Part shown: one piece after another, positions 51,721 through 64,000 of the stretch
Layout: every line of letters starts with the position of its first letter
Numbering within the stretch: the first letter of the stretch is position 1
NCBI GenBank assembly: GCA_036172245.1
Contig: JAYWIR010000035.1
Span: 1,116,001 to 1,180,000, forward strand
DNA: 64,000 nucleotides
Direction: 5' to 3'
Origin: Raillietiella orientalis
Lineage: Eukaryota
Notes under the pieces: generated by a model
The model's input: the letters and a program-made list of their open reading frames with translations, nothing else
Databases searched by the model: none
What the model was told of the DNA's origin: nothing
Made by a program: the position numbers and the translations under genes

Positions 51721-54700
51721 TGCCACCATGTGAAAAATGAAAACCCTGGTCTGGATGCATGGCGGGTGCTATCTTCAACAGCGGTCTCCTCCGGACGTTT
51801 TTGAAAGTGCATTCGAAGCTCCGAATCATTAGGGGGTTGTCCTCTTCCCATTCGTTCCGTTGTGCATTAGGGAGTAACGAAGTCTTACACGGAGAACTGG
51901 AGTTGTTGGATCTCGTTTGCTGTTGGCGGTTATTAAATCAGTGAAGATCGTCTCAGATGGAGAGGTTCCGCTCAGGAATAACTCAGAGTGGAGGTAAGCG
52001 CGCTGAGAAGACGGGAGGCTGGGCTCCTGGTTCTCATTCGAAACGGGAGTTCAGCAGTTCTTGGTGGTTTCAAGACAAAAACAGAAAGGAATCCAAACAG
52101 AATCTTCAAGGACAGGAGGCCTTCAAAGGATTCAATAGCGTTCCTTATGATGATCTCAGAAGAACGGACGAACGATCAGTACGAACTCTCGGAATAAGTT
52201 TTCTGATGGGAAAGGCAAACGCCTGAGAAGAGATGAAGAGAGTTGGATCGGCATTCTTCTGGAGACTTTTGCCTCCTTGGAGCGTGTCACTGTGACGGCT
52301 GCTTAGTACCGTGTCATGGTCAGGTAAGTCAGTTTTCCTCGTTACTCTTTAATCAGCTTTCGTCTCTGGAGATGTTTCCTTTCCACACCAAGAAACTTTA
52401 CTGATTAAACGCCACGCTACAAGGATTATGGAGCAGTTGGAGCGGAAAAGGATGAAACCAGAACAAGGTTCAGCAGAAGATTAGATGTCTTAGGATTACC
52501 TGAGAGGCGAAGAGACGAATCCAGTCTCTAGCTCCCTATTTTTCAAATTCCTCTCTGACTCCACTCGAGTGGGACGACTCGCACAACGTAGATGCAGTAA
52601 CAATAAATTACCACTCTCTAAGATACACTTCTCTTCCCATCAGTATTATAAGAGAGACTCTTGTTCAGTTAAGACGACGACTTGTCCAATGGTGGGCAAT
52701 GGTAGGGCACTTGATTGTTTAATCGCTATGTCTTGGTGATGCTCTAGTCGCTTCGTCAACATCTGTGTCCATCCACCTAGGAGCTTCTCTTCGACTTTCA
52801 AAATCGGAAGAAACTGCTTGTTTCTCCCTCCCTCCTCCCCTCTCTCTCTTTTGAGCTCGAAATTCCCTTTTTGAGGACATATTTCCGGAAAGGCAAGCAA
52901 ACGCTCTCGGAAGCTAATGAGGATAAGCTAATCACTTATCTTCACGGCTTCCTGTTAAATAGATAAAAGCAGGACTGAACCCAGCGGACAAATTCTTCGA
53001 AGGAAGTGTCTATAAAGGCAAGCATGGTAGGAGGAAGCATAGATTCCAAAACCCTTGCAGTCGAAACGGATGCACTCGATTGGAGTGCGCTTTGCAGTAT
53101 CCATACCATGCGTTTGCGTAGTGACCCTCCTCTTCCTTCCTTGACTTCCACCACTGCAGGATGACATGATGCAAACAATTCGCCATTGCTTATGCAAACC
53201 GCTGTGACCAGACGATCAACAAGACTCTTCCTCCAAGGATTGCCGCCGACTGCTGCGCCTTGCTTCACTTCGCCCAAGACATGCAGATCCCATTAACGAA
53301 AACACCGCCGAGTCATCGCAGGTTGCGCAACTGTTTTAAGGAAAGCGGCTGCCCTAGATTTTTTGCCCCGCTCTCCGAAGGTAACCTACATTCGAGATCG
53401 CTCCACTGTAGCAAGGATGGCCGCTCTAAGACACCACAGAAAATGGTGACTTGAGAGTGACTGCAGGATCAAATGCAAGACGGTGAGAGGAAGCTGCTGG
53501 CTCCGGTTTCGATCCATCGCGAAATCGGTCTCCGAAGGGAGCGCGAGGAATTCGGAAGCTTCGCCGAAACGAGTAAAAAACGAGAATACAAGAATCACGG
53601 AGCAGACCTTACGAGATCAAGGAGCGGTCGTCAGAAAGACGCCAGGAATTCGCAGATAATCGTCCTGTCCAGTGCTTTTCCTCTCATATTCAGGTCACCC
53701 AGCCGAAGGAAACACCGGATGAACCGCGGCTCGCATGCTGTTGATGCGGCAGATTTCGAAGAATCCACCAGATTGAGTTGAGAACGCTAAATCACCAGAA
53801 CCTTTCTTTGAGCGAGTGAAATGTGCACGCACACGCAAACATGTGTGCGTGTGTGCCGTAGATATGAATCTCCAGAAGAAAATACAAGCTGATTTTGGCA
53901 GGCGAGCCATTGCGCCAGAGAGAGCCCTACAAAGATGAACTTCAGTCGTTCCACGATGCCTCAAGTGCGCAAGCAGCCACACCAGTGACTGGGGTTCCAG
54001 AGAAGCGAAGGAAAAAGGAACGATCAACTACTGGTACATGTTTTTCACAGTGCCATGCTTTGCAGACATGTAAAAAATGTGGTGCTGATGAGTGCTTCAG
54101 ACTCGCGAACATCGCATCTTCCAGATTTCTTCGAATAGCTTGCTTTCCGGCATTGGCGAGGCGCCCCTAAGTATTTTTATGAACTCTATGGGTCTTCCTT
54201 ATTTCCATCCCATTGCTTGGAGAAACCGAGACAATGATTGGGACCGAGGTTACAAATCTGCTTCCCTAGCTGCGCACCATCACCCAAAGAAAGGAAAAAT
54301 CATTAGACAATGCCAAGCACATAGCGATATTCCTTTGATATGAGATGTGAGGAACTCGACAGCACATCCACAAAGTTTTTTTTTTTTTTTTTCCTCGACA
54401 CTCGTTTTCCACTCAGCCGAAGAAATAAAACAGAATAAATGAGCGTACAGAAAGCACTTTCTCGAGCTGGCTATGAGCACTTCAGATGGAAAAGCAGCAA
54501 ACGCTGATAGCACTTCCTTCGGCATGTGAAGGGAAACAAATTGTAATAAGCTGTCCATAGGATAATGGACCTCGGTGGATCGGCAGCATTGTGGTACGAA
54601 GTTGAGGGGCATTCAGGCACCGAAAACGATTTCTTTCCTTCTTTTCGTTTGCTGAAAAGTGTTGCTTATGAAGATGAATTTTCACGAGAGGTCAGCTCAG

Positions 54701-55249
54701 ATAAAAGTTATCGCTGATCTGAGAACCTCGTTAAGCATCATCACTTCGTGTGGATTTGCAATGATGAGATCCAAAGAGCCTGAGTGCGCCCGGCCGTCTT
54801 GAAGTGGGGGTGCTTTGAATAACAGAGATCTGTCTTTTTCAAAGTAGCATCGCCTAGGCACAATTAGTCCCCGGCTCAGGATACGCCACGGTGGCTCTTC
54901 TAGTCAAGCTAAGTTGGGTTGTACGAGAGCCACTCAGTCGGGAGTTCCGGTTCCTTCCACTTTCCAAGCAGGAGGCAGTCCGCAAAGTTCCGAACCGCAG
55001 GAAGCCGCAGTGCTCCAAAGCGAGATCATGATTTAAGTGTTGTCGAAGAAAGAGCAAACAGTTTCAAAATGCTACGAAAACAACGATAATGCCATTTTCT
55101 TGCAGCGAGGAAGATTTTCTGAGCTCATTCCTTACCGGTTCTCACGTCTGGCAGAACCAAAAGTGACGAGAGCTGGACTGCACTGTGGGCAAGGGATGCA
55201 GGTTTGTTCATGGAGTGCGAGGACGTGCTCATGTACTTTCATGCTCATT

Positions 55250-57400
55250 GGATCCACAACCTCCGTGCTTCACCTCCCTTTGTACTTTACGCAGCAAGCC
55301 ATGTCCGATATATCCGACCGCACGGACGGAGAACGGAGCACGGACGGCTTCAGAAACACTTTTCTTTCGCTTCCGACGGATTCACAGGTTGCAACAAAGT
55401 TGGGATGGCTACGCATAAAAGATGAGGAAGAGAACTGCTTGAGCAAGAAATGGTGAAGTTGGACTGAAAAGTTCACACACTTCAGATGAAAACACAAGGA
55501 ATTAAATGCTGTAGTTCTTAAACCGTCCTTTTCTACCAGGATTAAAATTTGCAGCATCTTATTATTTAACTTGCAGGTTCACGCTTTTCTTCCTGGACAG
55601 ACGATGTCCCTATCCGTGGTGCTCATATCATAAAAGAACGGATCCTTTCTCGGAACTTGGGTAATCGGGAACGACTTTTGAGGGATCCTTTTCGATGTGC
55701 GTGTTCTTGAAAAAGTAAGCGCCTGCTGGGGACTTCTGGAAGGTCCATGATCTGCTCCTGGCTTAGGAATTTCGATTCATCTTCATAAAAGAGGTGTAAG
55801 TCGACCGTGGACAATGGACCCGCTTTCCTAGTGTGGCACTTTCTTGAGAATCAATAGCTCGGATGTTGTTCAGCATTGCTCAGAGCCGCAGGCTCTCTTA
55901 TAACAAACAAACAAACTCCAGCAGCACATGAACTTGTACCACTGGATCATCGGCTTGTGTGTCTACGGACTCACTGGCATCTCATGAGGAGAGCCGCTAT
56001 AGGTCATTTTTCGATATTCCCCAAATTTCTTGGGCTTGCGTGAATGATGAGCTTGGAAATGAAGAGGAGAAAATTCAATATGGCAAACTGCATTTCCAGT
56101 AAGAAACGCAGTTTCTGAGGTAGAAGAAAAAAAAAAATTTTTTTTAGCAAAGATTCCCGTCGCAGTTTCGTTTACTTCTATTTTTCCTGGGGACACTACA
56201 ATCTTTTATCCATTATGCACTCATGGAATGTTACAGAGGGTTTCTGGAACGAATATCAATGAATTTCAGAAGTTTCAAAATACTATGAAAGCAAAGAATT
56301 TCAGAAATCCAAAGACATCTCCGGCAGGAAAGTAAAATTTCCTCTGGAAAGATTTGATTTAATTTTCTTGTACGCCCCCTATGCAATCGAAAACCAGGAA
56401 TTCTCAGAGTCGTAGCTCATAAAAAGAGAAGTAGAATTTTCAGGACTTTCAGGGCTTCCCTTCAAGTTGATTAATTCTGCGCACTGCCGCCTCTCTGAAT
56501 CCACGATTTTTCTCTTGATGATTTCCGAAATCATAACCAAATTCCAACTTTCTGTTGAAAAAAAAAAAGGAAAATAAAGAATACGGAGTTCAGAGGAGCA
56601 TTTGTTTCTCTTTTCCCTGAGCGCCCGATATTAAAGCCGAAACCGCTTGGTGCTGTTGGTAACCGCAGACAGCTTTCCTTTCTCCCCATATAAGGGCGCA
56701 TGCATTTTTGGATACATCAGACGTTCGTATATTCGAATGGATTTCGTAATGCGCCGTGATCTCAAAACAGTCTTCATTTTGAGCAGACGGTTCACACCGG
56801 AGAGAGCAGATCGGCACGTAGAATCTCCTATTCTGGATTTCAGAGAAGTCCCGTTTGCGACGTCAGCGACGCACACAGAGAGGTCCAAAGGTACACTCGG
56901 AAGGTGCAAGAATAGGCTTGGATTAAAAATGGGTCACAAGCGTTTTCGCCACCGTCCACGGAACGAGCAGCAGCTCAAGAGACCAACAGCTACCGAGTTC
57001 CGACCACTTCTCTGGAGCCCAGCGTTCCATCATCCGCATGCCCCTTTCGCATCGACACCCTTTCGTGCTCTTGTCCAGCACACACCCCGGCATCCTTTCC
57101 TGCGAGCCCCAATCTGGAAGATCCCTGGGCTTATTCAAAGTTTTCAAACGCTGATCCTCTCGAATGCCTCACAGACACTTCATTCACTTTCAGCTGGTGC
57201 AACAGGGAAAGACGTGTTCGCAGGAAAATCATTGAAAATGGAATGTACACCGACAGTGACAAGCTTCCAAGTGGCAAAATTCCATCTCCGAAACTGCAAG
57301 CCTCCCCTCTGAACGAATAAAACATACGAAAAAGTTTCGCACCACTCCCTTTCCTTGACAAAATGCCGACACACTTTGAAGAAGTCACTTTCAAAATAGA
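55250..57400 (-). mobile_element. Possible decayed DNA transposase (hAT-like?)
   Basis: Only the C-terminal ATCESVGSERKVF resembles the hAT dimerisation motif; the rest is coding-like but stop-ridden. Confidence 0.2.
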
Positions 57401-58419
57401 GACCGTTTTGTTTGTTTGTATGTTAAAATTCGCTGAGGTTTTGGGCCTGAGGTTTCTGTGGCACCACTTGTGAAGGATTCTTCCTTTTCTTCACTTCCCT
57501 TTCGCACCCACTGGACGTGGTAAAAGATCACGATGCCAAAAAGAGTAAAGATCACGATGCTTCAGATGATGCGTGGGATGTTTCAGGATCTCGAATCAAG
57601 GAAATGAGCGTGCTTTTTTTTTGTGCGTGTGTGTGTTTTCTTCTGCACCGTTCTTGGAGTCTCACTACTGCCGCCCCGCACGAGTTCCTGGCGGTGTTTC
57701 GCTGCGACTTTGAATTTTGATTTTTACTACCCGGGAGGTGCACGAATGGGAAACCTCGAGGAACACTCCGCTCGTGCACGCCAAGGGAACGCAGCACGCG
57801 GTCAGTCAGCTGCGCTTGACGGAAATCCTCTGAAATTTTCGAATGGGTGTTTACGTGAAATCTGCTGAGATGGCAAGCGTAGCGAGCAACACACTCTGCT
57901 TCTGGATGTAAAAAAAAAAAAAAAAAAAAGAAAACAGAAATCTCACGAGCCAGCTCCATGTCAAGAATCATGGAACCAGCCTCTCTGCTTTATTGGATGA
58001 GGGGATGATAACTTCGCCTCCCAATACAGAATCATAAATGTTATACCGAATGAGAGGCGTTGAATAAAAATGCACTTTATTAAACGATAATTACATATAT
58101 CCACGCCACGCAATCCATATCTCTTTAATCAGATTGATCGAATATTTACATAGTTTGAAACACGAATACGAAATGCCAAGACAAAGAGAGGCATTTAAAA
58201 TTAATTTCTTTCCTTCTACTCAACCTTATCTCAATGCGCCCATATTATATTGTCCCACCGGTTTCTGAAATAGCAGCTTGTCAAATGGACTGAATTTCGA
58301 AAGCATCAACAGCAGGAACTTATTCAAACTTTGTCACGTCCACCAACTGAGACACAATGAATTGGCATTCCTTTATCAGCCTCCTAATGCACCTTGCCAC
58401 GGAAGATAAGCTAATTCAA

Positions 58420-59150
58420 TGCTAGTAGGCGCATATCTCCTCCATGGCCCGACTTCTCAAACCATCTATTTATTCCCTTTTCACCCCCCAGCCCTGCTTG
58501 CCTTACCTCTCAATCGTTTCGTCATCGATCAGAAATCCGAAGATTCCTGATCTCAATTCCCACAAAACAACTGTTACCACGAATAAAAATAGAAATCAGT
58601 CTAATCTTCAGATGATCCATACATTCCGACTATTACCACCGTTCGATTCGCATCATCTTCTGTCACGTCCTCTCCATCTACCCTTCACTTCCTTCGTTCC
58701 ACGACAAAATACAATTCTTGATGCAATCAACTTCAAATCCTGCACAGCACCGATCCTTCTGCCCCATCCATAAGGCCGACCACTCAAAATTAGGCATAAT
58801 CCCATTTCATTACTGCTGTCATCCTTAATAATCATTGAAAATGGACAGCCACAATCGCTGACAGAAATCAATCCCCAAATCATCATTTCAGCATCCCCAT
58901 CCACCGCCGCCCTCGTCCTAGCACGAATCAGGTCCACCATCCCTCTTCGTGGCCAGGCTCTCACCACACGGGCTCGATGAGCCAGCATCTCTCGATTGCT
59001 GCTTCGTAGGAGTATTGCAAACCTAACGTTAGCACAGTGGCCGTTTCCTGGAGTTTAGTGGGGCAAGGCCTTTGGCAGCCAACCCCCCGAACGACGTTCC
59101 CTCGAGATTTGCAGCATTTGTTCTGATTTGCGGATGCAGACGAACCGTCG
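58420..59150 (-). mobile_element. Decayed RTE RT fragment
   Basis: RGVGCQ, LGLQYSYEAA, GMVDLIRA.TRAAVDG, GCPFS in the expected order. Confidence 0.45.
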
Positions 59151-61389
59151 TTCAAACATTTTCACCACCTTCGACATCCTGTCTTAGACGTGTTAGACGG
59201 CAGGTCAATTCCTAGGGAACAATCACCCTTCTCCTGCACGTGAACAAAAAAACGAAAAACAAAACATGGCTTTAAAGCAACTGCCGAAGAGTTCGCTCAG
59301 GAAGCACCTCTGGATTCCAAGAGCTGCTTTAGTTCTAAATAGGGAGCTTTTCCAGTTCGAGTCTATTAAATGAAACACGCGGTCTTCCTTCCTATCCTCG
59401 CAGCGTCTCAGGAAACCGAAGCACATCCACGCGGGGAAAGCAGCGAGATCCAAGAGAGTGACCATCGGTCGAACAAAAAGAGAGAAAAAAAGGCAGTCAA
59501 TTCCAACGGAAAAAAAAAAAAAAAGAATTCGTACTCCAATGCAAGAACTATCAAAATTCTTCATCGCTCCACGCAGCTACTTTCAATTGATCTGAAAGGC
59601 ACGAAGCTCGGTAAATCTGAAGCCATTCTTCCGGCTCGAAGTTTTCCTCGGTGATGCAGCGGGGAATGCTGTTGCTGTGCTTTCTTTGAATGTATCTTCG
59701 AGAAATACGATCCATCACGATTTCACCGAATCGTAACCGCAAGTGTAAACTTTCTTCCGACGTCGGATTCCTACCCGTTAGATCGCCGCTCTCCGGCCGT
59801 GGAGCAGCAGCGGACTTTCCAGCCGAGCTACGAGGTCCGTAAGACTCCATGACAACCCAGCATCATACAAGCGGAACTCCATTCCGGTTTCTGATCGCGA
59901 AAAATAAGAGCAAAAGATTTGCGCTGGTTCGAATCCGTCATTTCTCCATTGGGACGGGAAGGGGGGGGGGGGGGCAAAGAAGGAAACACGCGAAGTTCAG
60001 CCACCACGGTGTTTGCATCGTCTCTTCGCCGGACCGGACAGAAATCCTGCAAACAAATCCACGTGACACACACCAGAAGATCTATCAGGTTTCTTCGAAA
60101 ACTTTCTGGAGGCACTCCGGAGGCAAACTCATCAGATCTTATGAGTGTAAAGCTCATTCGAAGTCAATGACGACCATCAATGACGATCCCTGATTTTCTT
60201 TCTTTCTTTTTTTTTCTCCCGTTTGGCGACGTCGACGGAAAGCATCTTTTCGTTGTTTTGTCTTTCCACCAACACGGAGGCCTCCTTTGATAATTAAAAT
60301 TCAAAAGTCAAGTACTACACAAGTTTATCCAGTGAATGGCGTGGTGGGATTTTCGAATCGTCATACCGGGATGGGGAAATTCGAACCTGTTTGGACGCTG
60401 CACGCAGGCGATATTGCTCCTTTCCTCCGGCTTTCCATCCTGCTACGCTCCCGGACCCGAGGAGAGCACTTCTCATCGTTACTAAATAAATAATTTGAAT
60501 ACTGCACAAAAGCATCTCGGGATCGAAAGAAAAATTCATGGAGACACGCATAAATCTTGGGGGAAGAGAAAAAGCCTTTGAGGTGTCGCGAGGCAAAGAG
60601 GGGAATCTCTCATCGCTGCTATTTTCTTTACTTTGATGGGAAGCTCTCCCAGATGGGAGGACGAGGATTCGGCCGAATATTCGAGATGCACTCGGGGCTG
60701 CCGTCGCGTTCGTCGTGAAAGCACGACTTAGAAATAAATAAGTAAACGCGGGGATCGTTTCACGAGAGGTGATCCCGGATGCTACGGAGCCTCGTCGGGA
60801 TGGAAAGAAAACCCGACGACGTACGCGCACGTTGCAAATTCCAGGGGGAAAGGAGAGGAGGAAGGAAAGGAACACCGACTTTTATTGGCGACGGTCATCC
60901 TCGGGAGCGATGATCACGAGCGGTCAGCTTCGATTCGGTAGCGCCGTTTCACGCTGCCGGGTGTCGGAGGAGAGGAATTCGGGCTTCGATCAGCTGGCAA
61001 CTCAATCTGCATCCTCTGGCCGCAGGTGAACGGAAAAAAAAGAGCAAAGGAGGAGACGTTGCAAAGGAAGCCCCTGTTGTGCGTGAGCCCTGGAGAAACA
61101 TCCAGACGGACCACCAGAAGGCCCCCGAACTTGGGGAGCGCAGTAGCCGGATTAACGTCCATCGCATCTGCTGAGATTAATTAACGCGCACTCCCCTCGC
61201 GGTTCCAACGCGGATACACAATCCTGGCGAAGGAATTTATTTGCCGATCGCGGCACAGCATTCGTGTCTTCGAATTCTACTCGTACAGAGATAACAACGG
61301 TGCCGTAAAGATGTAAACACACGCCGCGTAATCCGCGATTCGCTTCCTCCCCTTCCCCGAATAAATAAGTCCATCAGAGCGCAAACATC

Positions 61390-61406
61390 AAGAAGAAGAA
61401 GAAGAA

Positions 61407-61439
<33 letters not shown>

Positions 61440-61440
61440 C
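61390..61440. repeat. (AAG)n(AAC)n compound microsatellite
   Basis: Directly visible. Confidence 0.95.
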
Positions 61441-64000
61441 GCCCAATGAGAAGGTTTACGGACTCAACGGGAAAGCTTACATATCAATCAGGGAGCAAAG
61501 AGCGAAGCGCCTCTGCAGCAAATGAACCCGTGTTTCGCAAATGTCCGCGCTTGGAGGAGAAATCTTCGTCACCTCTCATCTCCGGGAAGGCTTCGAACGG
61601 GAGACCACGGAACGTGCACAGACGCCTCCTCCGCCGGCCAGCGCTCCGCACTGTCCTCACACTCGATAGCAAACTGCCTCTCGTCCACGGTCGGGAGAAG
61701 CGGCTCGCCGGATAGGCGGTCGGTCATGTGCGAGCCAACTGCGCATGTCCCTTTCCGGGACAGACGGGAACAGTCGCTGCCGGCTGCGGAAGTTTCCGCT
61801 CGCTTCCTCGTCGATAACGCCGGAAAGCAACAGCGTGGAAAAGCCGCTTCCCCGCGACCAAAATAAATAAATAAATAAATAAACAGGCTTCGAGGAAAAT
61901 GGCCTCGATAAAACAAAGAGCCTAGTTTCGGAGGATGGCTTACTTATAAAACGAGTGCGACCAACCGGTGGTTTCCTGGAGATCTCATGAGGCTAGGAGC
62001 TGGTGTTCCAGGGACATCACTTCACCGAGGCTGCTTCCCTGGATTTTTGCAGTGTCGTTTCGGAGATCTTCCCAGCCGAATTCGAATGTTAAGAGTAGCT
62101 CTGCTTCATATGGCGTAGATTGAGACCAGGGATAATTATGAGGGATGTGGCTAGGGATAATTATGTGGGGGGAGGAGGTGCAGATGTGGCCTTTCTTGAT
62201 CACGGAAGGAGTAGAGAGGAAGAAAAGAACCTCACATCTTATTTAATAAACAAGTACCACTGCAATGCTGTCGTTCGCTCTTAGACGGAACGCTTCTGTA
62301 GAAAACGTTGATAGAAAAATTGACGGGCGCAGTTGATTTCCATATACCGTTACGGTTTGTGTCCTCTCTTGCTGATCAACTTTATCCACATCCTGGGCAC
62401 GGGAGGAGGGGATGAGGAAAAAAAAACGAAATTTCGCAGAGAGAACTTTTTTTTTCTACATCTCAACTAAACAAGGGGTCCTGCACAAACTGCTCCTGAA
62501 CTCTTGTCGTTCTCTCTTGTTCCAGTAGGAGAAATCCTGGATTCCTTCTCGAATTCGTTCGATTACAATGAAATGTTTCTCGCATCGTTCTGACCAGAAA
62601 AAGGGGAATAATTCGAAAACAGAAGTTTCAGAAATCTCGGGTCGGCGCCTGGAGCACCTGTTTTCCAAGCGAGTCTTTGACGTATTTGCGCAAAAGACTT
62701 CCCTGTGATTGCTTTAAAAAAGGAAGAAAAAAAAAAAAAAAAAAAAAACTGCTCCCCAAACAAGCACCTCGTTTTTAATTTGCCAAGGTAAACATAAAAG
62801 GAAGGGAAAAATCGAGGGAGGGAAAAAATAAAATGCGATTTTTTTCCTAAAATAGCAGATTGTTCTAATTGATCTTCCTTTGTTCCTTCCTCCCTTCCTT
62901 TCCTTTTTTCTCCATTTTTTGTCCCGTGTTCCCTGCCTATGAATTTTTATTCCTATCTGGTAGCTCTGAAAGGCAACCAGAAGGGGCGATTCGGAAGCTG
63001 CAAATGAAACGAAGGCGCCAACTGGAACCGGTGAAATGCGAGTGTCGAACTGAAATGGGTGAAATCCGACTGCCTTCACAGTCGATTGCAACGATCAATA
63101 AATGGAATCGATTCGAACCACATGAAATGGAAGCATTCGAAAGTTCTGTGTCGTGCACGTTTCGTCTTCTGAATCCGTCCGTGCGACTCGCCGCATCTCG
63201 GGATGCTGCTTACCTTTTCGGAGGAGTCGGCCGGATGAGGCCCTATTCGCACATTTTCAAGATCCTTGCAGCCGGACTTTGCGACAGCCCCCAGCATCTC
63301 CTCAGCATGATCAAAGAGACAAATCCGCCGAATTTGTATTCAACGGACTCCTCATACTTCTTTTAATGCACAAGACATAGGGTGGAGACTTCGTTCCTGG
63401 TGTGCATCGCATCGAATGGTTCGGTCCTGCAGTGCAAGCCACGTCGCGACACCGTGTACTGTACAGGTTGGCAAAACTCGAAACTCCCTTCGAAGTTTAT
63501 CCTTTCCCCGCAAAGCATTCCACCCTGCTAGGAATGCTCGTTTCAGGCATCTTGCACACGTAGTGGTGTGACGCTTTAGGTTGCACCGCACGGAAGGGTG
63601 CTTCAGGTGAAAGAACCCTTGTCTGCAGGCGGAAATGCCAAACATTCTTACTCTGTGACCCTCCAAAGCATCCTGGGAACCACCCACCAACTGACGAAGC
63701 AGGATTTCGAATTCCTTCTCACCTTTTCATCTGCCTTGGCATGCATTCCGCTGAAGGATCTCAGAAGATCGAAATCCGTGGATGCAGATTTCTTCTATCT
63801 CTCACAGGAATTCCTACTCAACGAAACACCTGGAAAAGTTACGCTCCCAACTGTCTATTGCAGCTGCCCCTCTTTTCTTGCAGATAATGCACTAAACGCT
63901 CCCCTCCTTGAATAAGCCATTAGAATCCCTGTTTGCCTCTCGCCAGCATGAGCAGTAGGCAGCGAATGCTTTTCGATTACGTGAGAAACGGCTCGTATCG

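Noticed and set aside
54085..54112. Second CTGATGAG hammerhead candidate
   Set aside because: No stem II closed by CGAAA.
57521..57560. Direct repeat AAAGATCACGATGC x2
   Set aside because: Isolated microduplication with no associated structure.
62128..62192. I-SceI-like site / AGGGATAATTATG x2
   Set aside because: Only a partial match; explained by a small local tandem duplication.
63352..63690. P2X7-C-terminal-like domain (RVLPTCTV)
   Set aside because: Single short motif resemblance; needs an HMM search.

Overview
Eukaryotic (metazoan, probably arthropod-type) genomic DNA, not a prokaryotic accessory region. The only intact host gene I can support is a minus-strand Ca2+/calmodulin-dependent protein kinase kinase (CaMKK). 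Seven GT-AG coding exons between 46559 and 3225 splice in frame to 433 codons. The kinase C-terminus and CaM-binding tail were not found, so they probably lie left of the window. The introns (0.5-15.5 kb) and upstream region are a transposon graveyard: many decayed RTE and CR1/L2-type LINE fragments, two gypsy remnants, a ~0.7 kb tRNA-headed SINE-like family, a pogo/Tigger MITE nested in an older TIR element, a palindromic mariner with two 3' ends, a ~370 bp inverted duplication, a 30-bp minisatellite and microsatellites. The most unexpected signal is a ~305 bp AT-rich insert (about 29655-29960) that is missing from the ORF track as a coherent ORF. It looks like a head-to-tail mosaic of short bacterial fragments, two of which read as Wolbachia-type IS4 and IS5 transposase peptides, dropped into an old LINE endonuclease. 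Family assignments rest on recalled motifs, not database searches, and boundaries of decayed TEs are approximate. I found no CRISPR array, rRNA or true tRNA, and no multi-gene novel system.
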